Source of the DNA: Azolla caroliniana
Lineage: Eukaryota > Plantae > Polypodiophyta
Direction: 5' to 3'
DNA length: 64,000 nt
NCBI GenBank assembly: GCA_043228905.1
Contig: JBHGNT010000018.1
Span: 3,720,001-3,784,000 of the forward strand
Under the pieces are notes generated by a model. It searched no databases. It was not told where the DNA came from and saw only the letters and a program-made list of their open reading frames with translations. Shown here piece after piece: positions 1 through 12,599 of the stretch. Both the position numbers and the translations under genes were made by a program. The first letter of the stretch is position 1. Each line of letters opens with the position of its first letter.

Positions 1-167
1 CTAAATACCTCTCTGAGTGTGTCACTGTCAACAGTCCATGATAGGTTTCCGACAAACAACTTATTAGTATTGTTATCCGCTCGTCGAGGTGGAGGAGAAG
101 AAAAATCACCACCAGCCCTGCCTCCTTTGTTAGGGAAATTAACTCTCAAAGTTCTCCCAGCATAATC
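1..167 (-). CDS. cpRNP exon 3 (end of RRM1, linker, start of RRM2); gene continues beyond the window
   Basis: AAG|GAT acceptor; encodes DYAGRTLRVNFPNKGG...NKLFVGNLSWTVDSDTLREVF, containing the second RNP2. Confidence 0.9.
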
Positions 168-264
168 CTTTGGAATGAAAAAGTTTCACAAATAAGGTTA
201 TTCATTTAATTCAATGAGGAAAAGAAGGGATCAAACAATCATGGCTAACAAATGCTGTACTTAC

Positions 265-366
265 AGAGCCATCAAACTTCTCAATGGCCGCATTTGCATC
301 TTCAACACTGCTCATGGTTACAAATCCAAAACCTCTACTTCTTCCTGATTCTCTATCATAAATAAC
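265..366 (-). CDS. cpRNP exon 2 (RRM1 core)
   Basis: CAG|GTT acceptor and TCT|GTAAGT donor; encodes [34 protein letters not shown], containing RNP1 RGFGFV; 34 codons, in frame. Confidence 0.93.
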
Positions 367-935
367 CTGTGATTAAAAACACGCCATCACTTTCATGATT
401 CAACAAAATCCATAAACACAACAAAAATCTTACAGTAAGGTTCAAATGCTAGCATTTTTAGACAGATAAATCACTGAATATGATAGAAACAGACATAACT
501 ATAGTGACTATGCATAAATATTCTAAACTAAGAAAGCATAAAGGAGTTTTGATGACTTCAAAACTGTTTCTTTTCTTCGCAAAAAGAAAATTTTAATTCT
601 CTGAGATAAATGTCAGTAGTCAGACGAAGGAAAGATATAAAGATGAATTCTTTGAAATCAAAGTTCAAAAGAAACCAACAATAGTATAGAGAAAAACAAA
701 CATGAGAGGATTCTCAAGACTTGATCACTTTCCGTTTTTCAGAGCACAAGATACAAAGATGAAATTTCTGGGATAAAACCTCAAGCATAAATGTTCATGA
801 ACAGACATTGTACAAGCCGAATCTAGAAGTTTCTAAGAACGTTGAGACGCAAAAAGGAGACGAAGCTCCGAAGAACTTGCTACTTCCAAGGACTCTTAGA
901 GAAAATAAAGTGTCCAAAAGAAAATCCTGGCCAAA

Positions 936-1237
936 GAAACAGGAACAGTAATTATCAAGGGAAAACCTAAGCATAATCCAAGTTATCTTTTAAAAAACAA
1001 AAATCCTTGGGAGTTTAAAGAATTCTCAAAAGGAACAGGTACAACCAAATTTAAAACCAGCGAATATACAAGAAATAAAACAGAAGAAACAGGAACAGTA
1101 ATTGTCAAGGGAAAACCTAAGCATAATCCAAGTTATCTTTTAAAAAAACAAAAATCCTTGGGAGTTTAAAGAATTCTTAAAAGGAACAGGTACAACCAAA
1201 TTTAAAACCAGCGAATATACAAGAAATAAAACAGAAG
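936..1237. repeat. ~150-bp tandem duplication in cpRNP intron 1
   Basis: GAAACAGGAACAGTAATT...AGAAATAAAACAGAAG occurs twice with a ~150-bp period and few differences. Confidence 0.9.
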
Positions 1238-1322
1238 CAGTTTCTAAAGCGAGGTCTCTGGACACAGAAAAAAAACAGGAATTAAACATAGAGAATTGAT
1301 GACGAAGATGAAAAAAAAATAC

Positions 1323-1754
1323 CTCGACCATCTCCACCCCACCGACTTTCTGGAAGACTTCGGCGAGCTCTTCGCTAGTGCAACTCCATGGCAAGTTCCC
1401 AACGTAAAGCTTCGACTCTTCTGCAGACGCATAGTCAGGGATAGTCTCACCAACACTTCCTCCTAGTACAGACGGAGCTCCTTCATCATCGGTAGCTGTA
1501 GACAAGGAAGAATCAAGGGCGTCGACCTCTCCGATGGAGAGCTCAGCGCGGGCTCTCAGGAGGACTGCACATCGGTTGTGGAGGTGTTTCCTAGAAGAAG
1601 CGAGGAGGGAGAGGGAGCGGAACTCGACGGGGGGAAGGGAGTGTGGGAAGCGAGAAGTGTGGAGAAGGTTGGTTCGGCAGGTCCAGGACTGGTCGGAGCG
1701 GGGAGAGACGGAGGAGAGGGAGCCATTGACGGAGGAGAAGCAAGCAGAAGCCAT
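1323..1754 (-). CDS. Chloroplast RNA-binding protein (cpRNP, cp29/cp31/cp33 family), exon 1: transit peptide, acidic region, start of RRM1
   Basis: ATG at 1754 gives a Ser-rich transit-peptide-like N-terminus (MASACFSSVNGSLSS), an acidic linker and RNP2 KLYVGNLPW. GAG|GTA donor at 1323/1322, phase 0, 144 codons. Confidence 0.9.
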
Positions 1755-1772
1755 GGCGCAGGCAGGGCGGAG

Positions 1773-1982
1773 AAACCCTAAAAAAAAAAACACACAGGCG
1801 GGACGCAGAAACACACAGAGAGAAAAGGAGAGAAAGAGAAAGAGAGAAAGAGAAGTATAGAAACGGGGAGACGACGATGATAGAAGAAGGAAAGAGTTCG
1901 GATAGAGTTTGCTGCTATCCTGACCGTCCGATCACATCGCCCTAGATCTTGCCACGTGTCCACCCTCCCCCCATCGATAAGG
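1773..1982. promoter_or_regulatory. cpRNP proximal regulatory region: telo-box, G-box and I-box
   Basis: AAACCCTAA at 1773-1781, GCCACGTGTC at 1951-1960 and GATAAGG at 1976-1982, all within ~230 bp upstream of the ATG. G-box plus I-box is the classic light-responsive module of plastid-protein genes. Confidence 0.55.
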
Positions 1983-2189
1983 TGGGGGGCCTTTTCCTCA
2001 ACAAAAAAAAAATCTCTCCTCTCTCTCGGTTAAAACACATACTTATATAAACCATACGTATCATACGTGCATTTCCCATTCGAGAATGTTTCAATCATTT
2101 CGAGTATGTTAAACACCCTCGAAGAATGGTAAATACCATACTTTTGAATTAACTATTTATTATGAGGTAAATAAACCAAAAAAAAGGAA

Positions 2190-2215
2190 GGGGGGGGGGG
2201 GGGGGGGGGGGGGGG
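2190..2215 (+). repeat. Poly-G tract (26 nt)
   Basis: Direct reading of the sequence. Confidence 0.85.
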
Positions 2216-2355
2216 AACACGAGAATGTTTGAATAACATTCGCATTCGTTTTCCAACGTAGGAAAACGAATGTTGTGCTAGACGAACACGAATTTTACAT
2301 ACGATGCAAGTTATATCAATAAATGTGTGTGAAAAACACTACTAACAATCAATGG

Positions 2356-2537
2356 TAGGAATCGGCGATGGCTCGACTCAAGCCTAAACCAAATCGTTAA
2401 AACCGGTTATGGCTTAATCGGCTTTAGCTAAACCGGTTCGATTCAGGTTTGGAAACTCCCAAACCGGGTTTGGCTTAATCGATTTGGTTTGGACAAGGCC
2501 AATCCGGTTAAGGAACCGGAACCATTGCCGATTCCTA
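2356..2537. mobile_element. hAT-type MITE (182 bp)
   Basis: TIRs TAGGAATCGGCGATGG / CCATTGCCGATTCCTA; exact 8-bp TSD ATCAATGG at 2348-2355 and 2538-2545; internal AAACCGG/CCGGTT motifs. Confidence 0.9.
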
Positions 2538-2559
2538 ATCAATGGGTGTCACAGTGGAG

Positions 2560-3540
2560 TGTATGGATTTGCTACACTAGTGGTAGTAATAATGGGGAAC
2601 ATGTTGAATTGTTAATAGGCAAGACGAAGATTCCTTTGATGGAATAATTTCTACTTGCTTCGATAAAGAAAATTGCCACATTAGTACTCCTGTCAACTTC
2701 CATACATATGCTTCGACTCCATCCGTGCCTACCTACCATCAAATACAAACGCATTACACATATCCGGATTATGATGCAGTCCCTAATACCTCAGAAAATA
2801 GGAAAACAATCTCCATCTCTAATCTTAGGTCGGCTTGTGTGAATGATGTAAAGATCCACTATTTTGGCGTCAAATAATACCTTGATAAAACTTGCCATCT
2901 TTGAGAAATGTAACTTCAAATATGACCAATTATTGGACAGTATATGAAATGATGAGTACTATCTTCCACTTGAAAAATGCAAAAGAAGCAAATGCTCATT
3001 GCTAGTACGTGTCGCTTTAGAGCTAATCCCAAAGCCAAATCTCCAATGAAATATCTTCGAATGAAGACCTTCGATACAAGTGGCAATTTAGAATGCCAAC
3101 TAAGTTTTAAGATTTTCCATAATTAGAGTTATGTACTTTCCATTCTTGTTCAGCTTGAGATGATTGCCATCAAAGGGACTCAACGGAGCAATGATACAAG
3201 AGATTAATAGTCACTTATAAAAACAACATCTAGCCTTGTAAACACCAATCAATCCCATGGTTGCTCCTCTGTTTGTAGAAATAAAGGACCATGCATCGAT
3301 GCAATATTTTGTAGTTATTGTCAGATAAACCTATAATTTGGTGGGATGCGTAATAATTGTGAAGGATCAACAAAATCCAAAATTCTTTGAGATTGAGCCT
3401 CAACTATATCTCCCACCTCTTTGACCCCCAAACAAAACAAACGATTAAATTGATAGCGGAATCTCTCCATTCTAGGCCAACAAAATAACCAAGATGACAC
3501 AAGTAACTCTCTATGCAAAGAATTACAATGTCCTCTATTA
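2560..3540 (-). pseudogene. Heavily decayed TE-derived coding remnant, possibly the 3' part of a LINE ORF2
   Basis: Broken minus-strand frames (e.g. SWLFCWPR...GVKEVGDIV) resemble LINE ORF2 C-terminal regions; no clean motif was found. Confidence 0.3.
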
Positions 3541-3589
3541 GGTGATGGTTTCTGGGAGTATTTGTCTCTCTCTCTTTTTTTATCGTAAT

Positions 3590-3745
3590 TAGCTTACCCT
3601 AGTGGTAAGTCGATAACACTACAAGCACTGTGTCTTGGGTTCGAAACCCAAATTCCTCACCTCTCTATGATACTTCATATATATCTCTATTTTCGCTAGA
3701 TGCCACTGTGGAATGTAGGGGTTGAACCCATGACCACCTGGTCTC
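3590..3745. other. Two convergent degenerate tRNA/SINE-like heads
   Basis: Plus strand: A-box-like TACCCTAGTGG and T-arm TTGGG-TTCGAAA-CCCAA (3635-3651). Minus strand: B-box-like GGGTTCAACCCC near 3718-3729. Confidence 0.4.
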
Positions 3746-3789
3746 CATTCGTCTCTCTCTCTCTCTCTCTCCCCTACAAATTTGCAATA

Positions 3790-4458
3790 GTACCGGATTA
3801 CTTATTGGCAATTGCAAATGGTGTTTCCTTATGGCCCAACACTAATGGTTTTACACGTAAAAAACACAATGGAAATAATGTGATTGACTATGTGCTACTT
3901 TTCGAAAGTATTTCGGATTGTATACATAAATTATGACTTGGTGAATGGATTCTGGAATTTGATCATAGGCCTTTATGTATTGATCTCAAATGTAAACATA
4001 GGTTTGATTGTGAGAAAGCCATTGAAGAAAATAAATAACCGCACTTGAGCATGAACCTTAAGCGAGCCTCCATGTATTCTAAGATGGTTGAGGATATGTT
4101 ACAAATGACAAAGAGACAACACGGTGCCACACATCTTGGAAATGCAAATGGGAAGCTTTTAAGAAAGTCATTCTCTCATGCACAAACAAATGTTTTTCGA
4201 TCAAGCACACATCTTGGAAATGCATTAAGAAATGTAGTTCAAAGAAAAATTGGTTTGATAAAGAATGTCACGAAGCTCGAAAGGATCTTATGATTTTGGA
4301 TGTAGTTAAGGATAAAGAAAATTATCAAAAGCATTTGCTTGACTACAAAGGCTTAGAGGAGAATATGGGAAGTTACTCAACAATTTCTACAAACACAAGA
4401 GAAAGCACATGCATGTGCTAAAATTTGGGGAAATCTAAAGGGGAAACATGTTGAGAGT
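3790..4458 (+). pseudogene. LINE ORF2 remnant (C-terminal part of the APE endonuclease plus linker), interrupted by Copia-1 and resuming at ~9161-9300
   Basis: LAIANG...FT...GNNVIDYVLL, then DHRPL and WFDK..CHEARK. The frame joins across the AGAGT TSD (WGNLKGKHVES|YGDLTLLDLSMHCKNLYD). Confidence 0.6.
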
Positions 4459-7400
4459 TGTAAAGAATCGATGTGATTCTTGTGCAACGGAATAGATATG
4501 TGTATTGTGTGTGTGTGTGTGTGAAAAATAGAGGAGAGATGAGAGAACACAAGATAGATAGAAAAAGGAATACTCAAGAAGAAGGTGTATATTTCACAAG
4601 TAGAATAAGAATTACAAAATGTAACGTAATAAGGAGTCACAACCGACATAATATGAAGTATGAGGAGGGTGCTTTATATAGAGTCGCCCTCTCTCTTCAT
4701 TAATTTACAACAACCACTCTCTCTCTTGGGGAAGGTGAAAACTCATAGTCATGGGGAATATGTAACTCATTAGTTATGTGTCATAGAATATAATTCTATG
4801 ACACATAGTTAATGTGTAGAGAGTAGTGGTGTGACTCTTGACCTTTGAGTAATCATGGATTCTCAAAAGGTGTGTTCACAAGTTGCACTATGTTGAGCTT
4901 GATTCTCAACATGCCCCCTCAAGCTCAACTCGGGTCGGTTCCTTTTGATTGATGTCCGCTTCGGCTGGTATACGGTTTGGACGATCTCCGGTGTCCGCTT
5001 CGGCTCGTACCCGGTTCGGACGGTATCTGGTTCTCGCTTGTACTCCCCCTCAAGCTTGGTAAGTCAGGAATCGTCAATCTGAGGTTTGACATGAATTGCC
5101 GAAGCTTGTCGGCTCCTAAGGCTTTGGTGAAGATGTCGGTCATTTGAAGATTCGTGTTGATGTGTTGAAGGTCAACATCTCCGGCCTATACGCACTCTCA
5201 GATGAAGTGATAATGCACTTCGATATGCTTTGTGCATGCGTGGAACACCGGGTTCCAAGCTAGATATATACTGCTCATGCTGTCGTAGTAAATGGGAGTC
5301 AAATCCTTGATGGGGACGCCCAGATCCTTCAAAATCTTCTTGAGCCATAGGACTTCACATGCAGTTACGACTATGCCCCTGTATTCGGCCTCCGTACTCG
5401 AAAGTGCGATAGTAGGATGCTTCTTACTACTACAAGATATTGCTCTGCTACCGAGCGAGAAGACAAATTTGGAGGTCGATCGTTGATCGGCTTTGTAGCC
5501 TGCCCAGTCCGCGTCTGTGTACCCTTCGAGTCGTATTGGTGTGGCCGATGCATAGTGAACGTCGTGTCGCTCACATATCGTAATACTTGCTTAGCGCAAT
5601 CAAAATGGATATCTCGCGGAGTTTGCATGAATTGGCTAAGGAGTCCAATTGGATAGTTAAGGTCGGGTCGAGTGATCGTGAGATAGATGAGGCTCTCGAT
5701 CAGTTGACGATATTGGGTCAGCTCACACTCTTCTGTGCCGGAGTCGGCATCCAATTTAAGGTTTCGATCGAGAGGGGTTGCCACAGATTTACATTGAGTC
5801 ATCCCGAACTTGTATAACAAGTTGAGGATGTAGTGCCGTTGGGAGATCATAATGCCGGTCGGAGTCCGAATTACCTCGATGCCTAGGAAGTAATGAAGCT
5901 CCTTCATGTACGTCATCTTGAATTTGTTGGAGAGGAGGGACTTCACCTTGTTGATATCGACTAAATGCTCACCTCCAATAACCAGATCATCCACGTCGAG
6001 AATGATGACAATTAGGCTTCTAGAGTCATGGTGTACATAGAGGGAGTTGTCAGATTTCGACATTCGAAATCCGATTTGATGAAGATATTGCGTAATCTTT
6101 GAATGCCAAGCACGCGGTGCTTGCTTGAGGCCGTAGAGTGGCTTCTTGATTCGGCACACGATTTTCGGATGAATGCGCGATTCGAAGCCGGGAGGTTGTA
6201 CCATGTACACCTCCTCTTCTGATTCTCCTTGGAGGAAAGCGTTCTTGACGTCCATCTGGTGGAGGTGCCACCCATTCACCGTTGCGAGTGCAATTACGGT
6301 CCGCACCGTCGTCATCTTTGCCACGGGGGCAAATGTCTCTTCATAGTCGACTCCATGCGTTTGAGCGTATCCTTTCGCTACGAATCGAGCTTTGTAATGG
6401 TTTACGGAGCCGTCGGCATTATACTTCACCTTGTAGATCCATCTGCAGCCAATTGCCTTCTTGTGCGGTGAGTCGGGAATGAGATCCCATGTCTCGTTCT
6501 TGGAGAGTGCTTGCATCTCCTCATTCATCGCTTCAACCCATCTGGGGTCTATCGCGGCTTCGGAAAACGTTTCCGGTTCCCGTAGTGTCGCAACCTTCAT
6601 CATAAAAGCGTAATGGTATGCCATATAATCGTTGTAGCCAAATCGGCTTACGGGGTTCTTTTCACGGGTGGATCGGCGGAGCTTCTCGTTTGTAGATACT
6701 ATGGCTTTCTCTGCTCCATTTGTCTGGATCTCAAGGCCTTCGAACTCACTATTGAGGGAGTGAGTCAATTTGTTGTCGTCGAAGTGATCGTCTTCATACT
6801 CCAACATTTTCGCCTTGCCTTTGTCCAGCTTCGAACTCGGCCGAGATGTGCTTTGATCGCTCGGGGGCTCTTGTGGCCCACTAAGCCTTGTTGTAATTGG
6901 GCTTTCTTCGAACATGCGCGTGAGCCGATCTTCGGCTTCTATCTCTATTTCAGCAGAATCGAAGTCGAAGTTGTCTCTGGTGCGTACCAAGATGCGGACT
7001 TGTCGAAAACAACGTCTCGACTTACTCAAGATTTTCGAGTTGATGGGTTATAGCACTTGTACCCCTTTTGCTCCAGTGAGTATCCTATGAGGATACATTT
7101 CTCCGACTTCGGGTTGAGCTTTTGTCGCTTTTCGTTGGGGATGTGCACATACGCAATGGAGCCGAATATCCGAACATGTGAAACATGGCTGATTTCATCT
7201 CGTGCGAGTCGAGAATGAACATTCGGCCCTCTCTTCGTCCGCGCGCGATGAGTCAGCCCTCTTTTTCGATGAAGCAACCACCTTGATTAAATCGAACTTG
7301 CATTCCTTGCTCTACAATTTGGTCGATGGAGACCAAATTCTTCGTGATAGTTGGTACATGCAAGACATTTTTAATGTAAGTTTTCTTGCATTCTTTTCCG

Positions 7401-9160
7401 ATCGGAACATTGCCGATGTGCCGAATCGGGTGCGTAGTGTCGTCTCCGGTTTCAACATAGCCGGGTCGGTCCGGCTCTCGAAGTTCTCAGAACCATTCTT
7501 GATGCGACGACATATGGTTCGAGGCACCAGAATCAATGAACCATACGTCTTCCGGACCAGAGGCACTAGTAGAAGTAGAGGCTGACATAGAATTCGGTCT
7601 ATGTCTCATTACGAATAATCCACCGTAATCGTCGTACTCGGAGTCAACAACGTAATTGGTGAGTTGTCGACTAATGGACGCCGACTCACGTATCTTCTTT
7701 CGGCACTCTTCTTCGCGGTGGCTGATTTTTCCGCAATATCTGCATTCAACCAAGTTTTGTCGGCTCAGACTGGAATGGAAGCTCCCCCTTCTTCCGAAGG
7801 TTCCTCGATGACTTCCGTCTTGATGCTGAAATTGCGAGTTGTTTTCGTAAGTTGGGCCTCGTCCGCCTCGTCCTTGGCCGAATCAGCCTCTTGTTGCACA
7901 ACCGCGTCCTCTTCCTCCGTCTGAATGCATGTAGAGAATGTGGCTATCTGAGGCGTTGCTCCTTGTTCGAACACGATTCTCTTCGACCAACAACATGGAT
8001 TGAAGATCGAAGAAGGAGGGTGGATTCTCCCATGCTAGTATGGTTGTCCGCATTGCGCCGAACCGTGGTGCAAGGATGTCGAGGCATATTTGCACCATTT
8101 CATCATCCTCCACATTGACGCTTATCGAGCCGAGTGCATCACAAAGCTCCTTGATCTTCAAGGTGTAGCTTGTAATGGACATATCCTGTTGTTGGATGTT
8201 GTTGAACTCTTGGCGGAGTTGAAGCTTTCTCGCGGTCGTGTTGGCGACGAAAATCTTTCGTAGATTCTCCCACGCTTCCTTCGGCGTCTCGGCTTCTCGA
8301 ATGTAGTTGAGCACGTGGTCGTGAACACATGTCGCCAAGCAATACATCACTCGGCTTGCCACTTTCTCCCAAGTTGCATAGTCGGCGTCTTTCGGGTCGA
8401 GTTGGTTTTCTTATGCTCTCTTGATGTAACCCCAATAGCCTTGGCCGACAAGGTATTGGTGCATTTTGTACTCCCAAGATGCTAAGTTGTTTCGGTCCAA
8501 CTTCTCGCTAGGGAGAGCGCTCCTCATTTGAGTATTCATTGTCGATTAAGCTTCCTTTCTTCTTGTTCTCCTCTCTCGAACACAAGCTATGTAGTGGTAC
8601 TACGATAGCGATGAGCCGGTTCTTCTTGAACATCGGTATAGAGCACAACATACGATCACTATGAGGCGAGTGGGCTAGATCAAGCTACCAAATCGCTCTG
8701 ATACCATATAAAGAATCGATGGTGATTCTTGTGCAACGTAATAGATATGTGTATTGTGTGTGTGTGTGTGTGTGTGAAGAATAGAGGAGAGATGAGAGAA
8801 CACAAGATAGATAGAAAAAGGAATACTCAAGGAGAAGGTGTATATTTCACAAGTAGAATAAGAATTACGAAATGTAACATAATAAGGAGTCACAACCGAC
8901 ATAATATGAAGTATGAGGAGGGTGCTTTATATAGAGTCACCCTCTCTCTTCATTAACTTACAACAACCACTCTCTCTCTCTCTTGGGGAATGTGAAAACT
9001 CATAGTCATGGGGAATATGTAACTCATTAGTTATGTGTATAATTCTATGACACATAATTAATGTGTAGAGAGTAGTGGTGTGACTCTTGACCTTTGAGTA
9101 ATCATGGATTCTCAAAAGGCGTGTTCACACGTTGCACTATGTTGAGCTTGATTCTCAACA
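4459..9160 (-). mobile_element. Ty1/Copia LTR retrotransposon (Copia-1), defective
   Basis: LTRs at 4459-4911 and 8707-9160; TSD AGAGT; Met-tRNA PBS TGGTATCAGAGC (8695-8706); PPT at ~4912-4925. Gag, CCHC, protease (WFIDSGASNHM), RT and RNase H remnants are present; the integrase core is deleted near 7200. Confidence 0.95.
4925..8539 (-). pseudogene. Copia-1 gag-pol, broken by stops, frameshifts and an integrase deletion
   Basis: ORF fragments: gag 7883-8362, CCHC/protease 7487-7753, IN C-terminus 7026-7277, RT 5371-7029 (KAIGCRWIYKVK, QMDVKNAFL, DVDDL), RNase H end DIFTKALG. Confidence 0.9.
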
Positions 9161-12100
9161 AGAGTTATGGTGACTTAACTCTTCTTGACTTGTCTATGCA
9201 TTGTAAAAATTTATATGACTGTGCATTCTCGATTGCAACATTCAATGGTAAAGTTCTTGAACATCGAGAGTCGCTACTCACTTTCACATGTATCACATGA
9301 AATGAAATATTTGTCTCATAGGGCATATTTGACCTCGAAAGACGATAATAGAATCCATCTATCTATCTGCCTGTCTCCTGTACAATCTTGATCGATTGGG
9401 TTATCAGTTTGAATCCACTTGTTTGCCATACTCCTCAGTATATGTTCGAACAATACAATAAAAAGAAAGTGTGTTATTGTGCTATACACATATGCTCAAA
9501 ACACTTGATACGAGAACTAACACACACTCACACACACTCTCTTGCTTTGAAGAGTAGTTGGGAACCTAGCCTTCATTGATATACATATGTATACATGTGT
9601 GTGTGTGTGTGTGATCTTCACCTTCTTTTCCACCTTATCCACACACATTTTGGCATGACGAGAATGGAAAAGAAACACAAACTTAACAACCGATCTAAGA
9701 TGTCGAGCCGGCATGGTCAAAGGACATTGTTAACCAGTTATGCATAGGTTTTGTCTATCGTCTCACTTCAAGTCTCTCCTTGTTTGCTCATATTGTTCAT
9801 CATTTTCCGCTAGATGAGCCTTTAACGTTGTTAGATTTCTTGTGGAAAACGATGCAGTGGATGTTTACCTCAATATCTAAGAACAAAAACTCTTTGTTTA
9901 TCTTCCATCTTTAATCATTGTCAATCATGATAATTTGGTTTGCTCGATCACTCTTTAATGCATCCTATTTAGTCTTGAATTTATTCATTTGTTTCATTAT
10001 CCCCAATTTCATCGTTATGATGCATCTATTTTATCTTTCGTAATAAATCTTTTTCGTCTTTTGCAATAAATCGGATTTTGACCTCACCAATTATCCATCT
10101 TTATTAATGCTTCTCTTATATATGAAACTAAATTTATCATTTTGTTTTCTCTCCCACGATCAATACTAATGTTTTACAATTGAAAGGTTGGACATCATAA
10201 ATCCTTGTTACTGATGATGTTCCATGGTTGGTGGTGAGGACAAGTGTTTACATTGATTGTCTAACCACGAGTGGAGAGGTGTAACTTCCTTTCATCATCT
10301 TCGCAATCTCTAGGTTTGGGTTCTTCCTAACCCTCGTTTTATCACCAAGTTATTGTAGTGTTGGCCCTTCCACCCTTATTTAAGAAACATGTATTGATTT
10401 CAATATTTGATAAAATGACACATTGTTATGTTTTGGTTATACATTTCATGTTCGTAATTCTCAAATAACATTGGCGTCGATGCCCTTGAAGAAGTAAGAT
10501 GTTGGAAGTAGTAAGAATGTAAATTGTAGACCATGTGCTTCCCTAGTGTGAAAGGGCAAAGAGAGTAAATGGAAAGGAGAGTACAACAACTAACTTTGAA
10601 GGCTCTTCCCACTTCATCTTAGTTAAAGGCTATCGCACGCTCTTGAGATTCGATATCCTATGATTTTGTTTGTCAACAAAGCATGTATGCTCAATTTCCA
10701 CTTGCCACTGAGGTCTCTTTCTCATTACAAAGCATTTAGGAGCTCTCTTATTAGATAAAAATATTATGGTATCTTTTTAACAAGCAATTATGGTTATCCT
10801 TAGTTTTGATAATATATATATATTGACATATTTATAAATTATATTTATACATGCTTCCTTGTTGTCATTTATGCATTATCACTCATCTTTTTTCCTCTAT
10901 TACCTTTAAGGGATTTTGAGCCCCTCACCCTTTTGTTCATTTGGTTAGGTCTTACCATTTGAGCTATGATGTTGTTTTAACTTCATTTTCATCTCATCAC
11001 TTTTAGTTCTTGTAATCACTTCAACTAGAATCCTCACATATGGTAAAACTTGATATTTTTGGTGCTTTTCTTCCGTTACACATGCCATACACCCTCCATC
11101 AAACCTACATATCCTCTGATATCATGCCATGGGCAAAGTGAATGCAAGCCTCTCTTTCATCATTCCTTGACCCCTCTTCTTCGTCTTTATCTTCATCTTC
11201 ACATGGGACATCAATTATTGATCTCTTCCGATCACACCTTGAAATTTCTCACTATTTTTTTTGCAATTGGTATAGTTGCCTTGTCCTATCAAATTTAGGC
11301 AAGTGGTAGATGGCATTATCATCCATCCAAATTACTACATATGGACCAAACCTCTACATTGGGAACTTCTGCAATGAGTTGTACTAATTGTTGATGTTAC
11401 TATTGTAAACCAACACCTCATCCTTTTCTTTAAATTTTTCTGATTGAAGGCAATGTTTTCTATCAATTTGTTATTTGTTGTTTACCCTTGCTTTTCTTAG
11501 ACACTATATCACTATATCACATTATCACTATCTCTCTATCCCACCTTTCCTGGTTCAACCCGAAAATCAAGGATTAGATTGAGTTTTTCCTATCTCGGTT
11601 ACGAACACACGTATAAGCAAACCCGTTGTCAACTACCTTTGTCTGTAATTCAAAGTTTTGTTATTTATGGCTTGGAGGAAAAAATGTGACACCTATCTTT
11701 ATCAAATAAGTGTTTGTCATTGATCTTCATTTGCAAACTCATCAAATATGATTGACTCAAAGATAACATAGTTGTTGTAGGTTGGAAAACACATTTCGCT
11801 AGCTCGTAATGTCATATTAGTGTGCCTTCTCGATATTCAGTTGTTGTAAATCCCTAGGCAATCTTATTACTATTATTATTATGTATTGCCACGAATTTGT
11901 TTGATAGACAATTGAGTTTAGAAAGAAGGAATACTATACTCTTGGTTTTTGGCAAACTAGGAGCCATTATTAGTTGGGGCAAGAGTTCCCACTTTTGGTC
12001 TCACTTTAGAAGATCGAGCAATTGTGCAGTTCCATCTTCCAAAAGAAATCAATAATGATTTCTTTACATAAGGAGGAATTTTGATCAACCACCCAAGAAT

Positions 12101-12599
12101 AGAGGGATGAAGTGGAACCCTATTGAGAAATTATTCTCCCTAAACCAACAAGCAAGAAAGTTGGTGTGAGATTACATTTGTCGAACAAAAGCCTACATAA
12201 TAGGTGTGAGGAGGGTGACAATATGACCAATTAAAAACTGATGAATCGATTCATCCTACCCGATAAAAAATCTAGTTTATCGTTAGCTAGTGTCAAACTT
12301 TCAATTGTGTGTCGAGGGTAGTCATGAGGTTTCAAGATTCGATGACAAGTTTGCAAACACACATAGAGGCAACACCAAATCCAGATGGACTGGGAGTGTT
12401 TCTAGAATCAAACTATTTAATCAAGAAAAACATAAGGAATTATAGATCAAAGAAGGAAAGAGGGGTGCCACCCCCTAATGGCGGCGTGAACCCGAACCTC
12501 ATTGATGACTTATGCCATCGAGGGTTGATGCAAGTCATACATTGGGTTCTGCAAGGATTACACATGCTTAGCTAAAAAGAGCTAGAGCCATATTGACAT

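Noticed and set aside
1140-1814. 224-aa single-exon ORF as the cpRNP protein
   Set aside because: It starts at a non-ATG codon in the 5' UTR and reads into intron 1; the spliced model from ATG 1754 restores the complete RRM.
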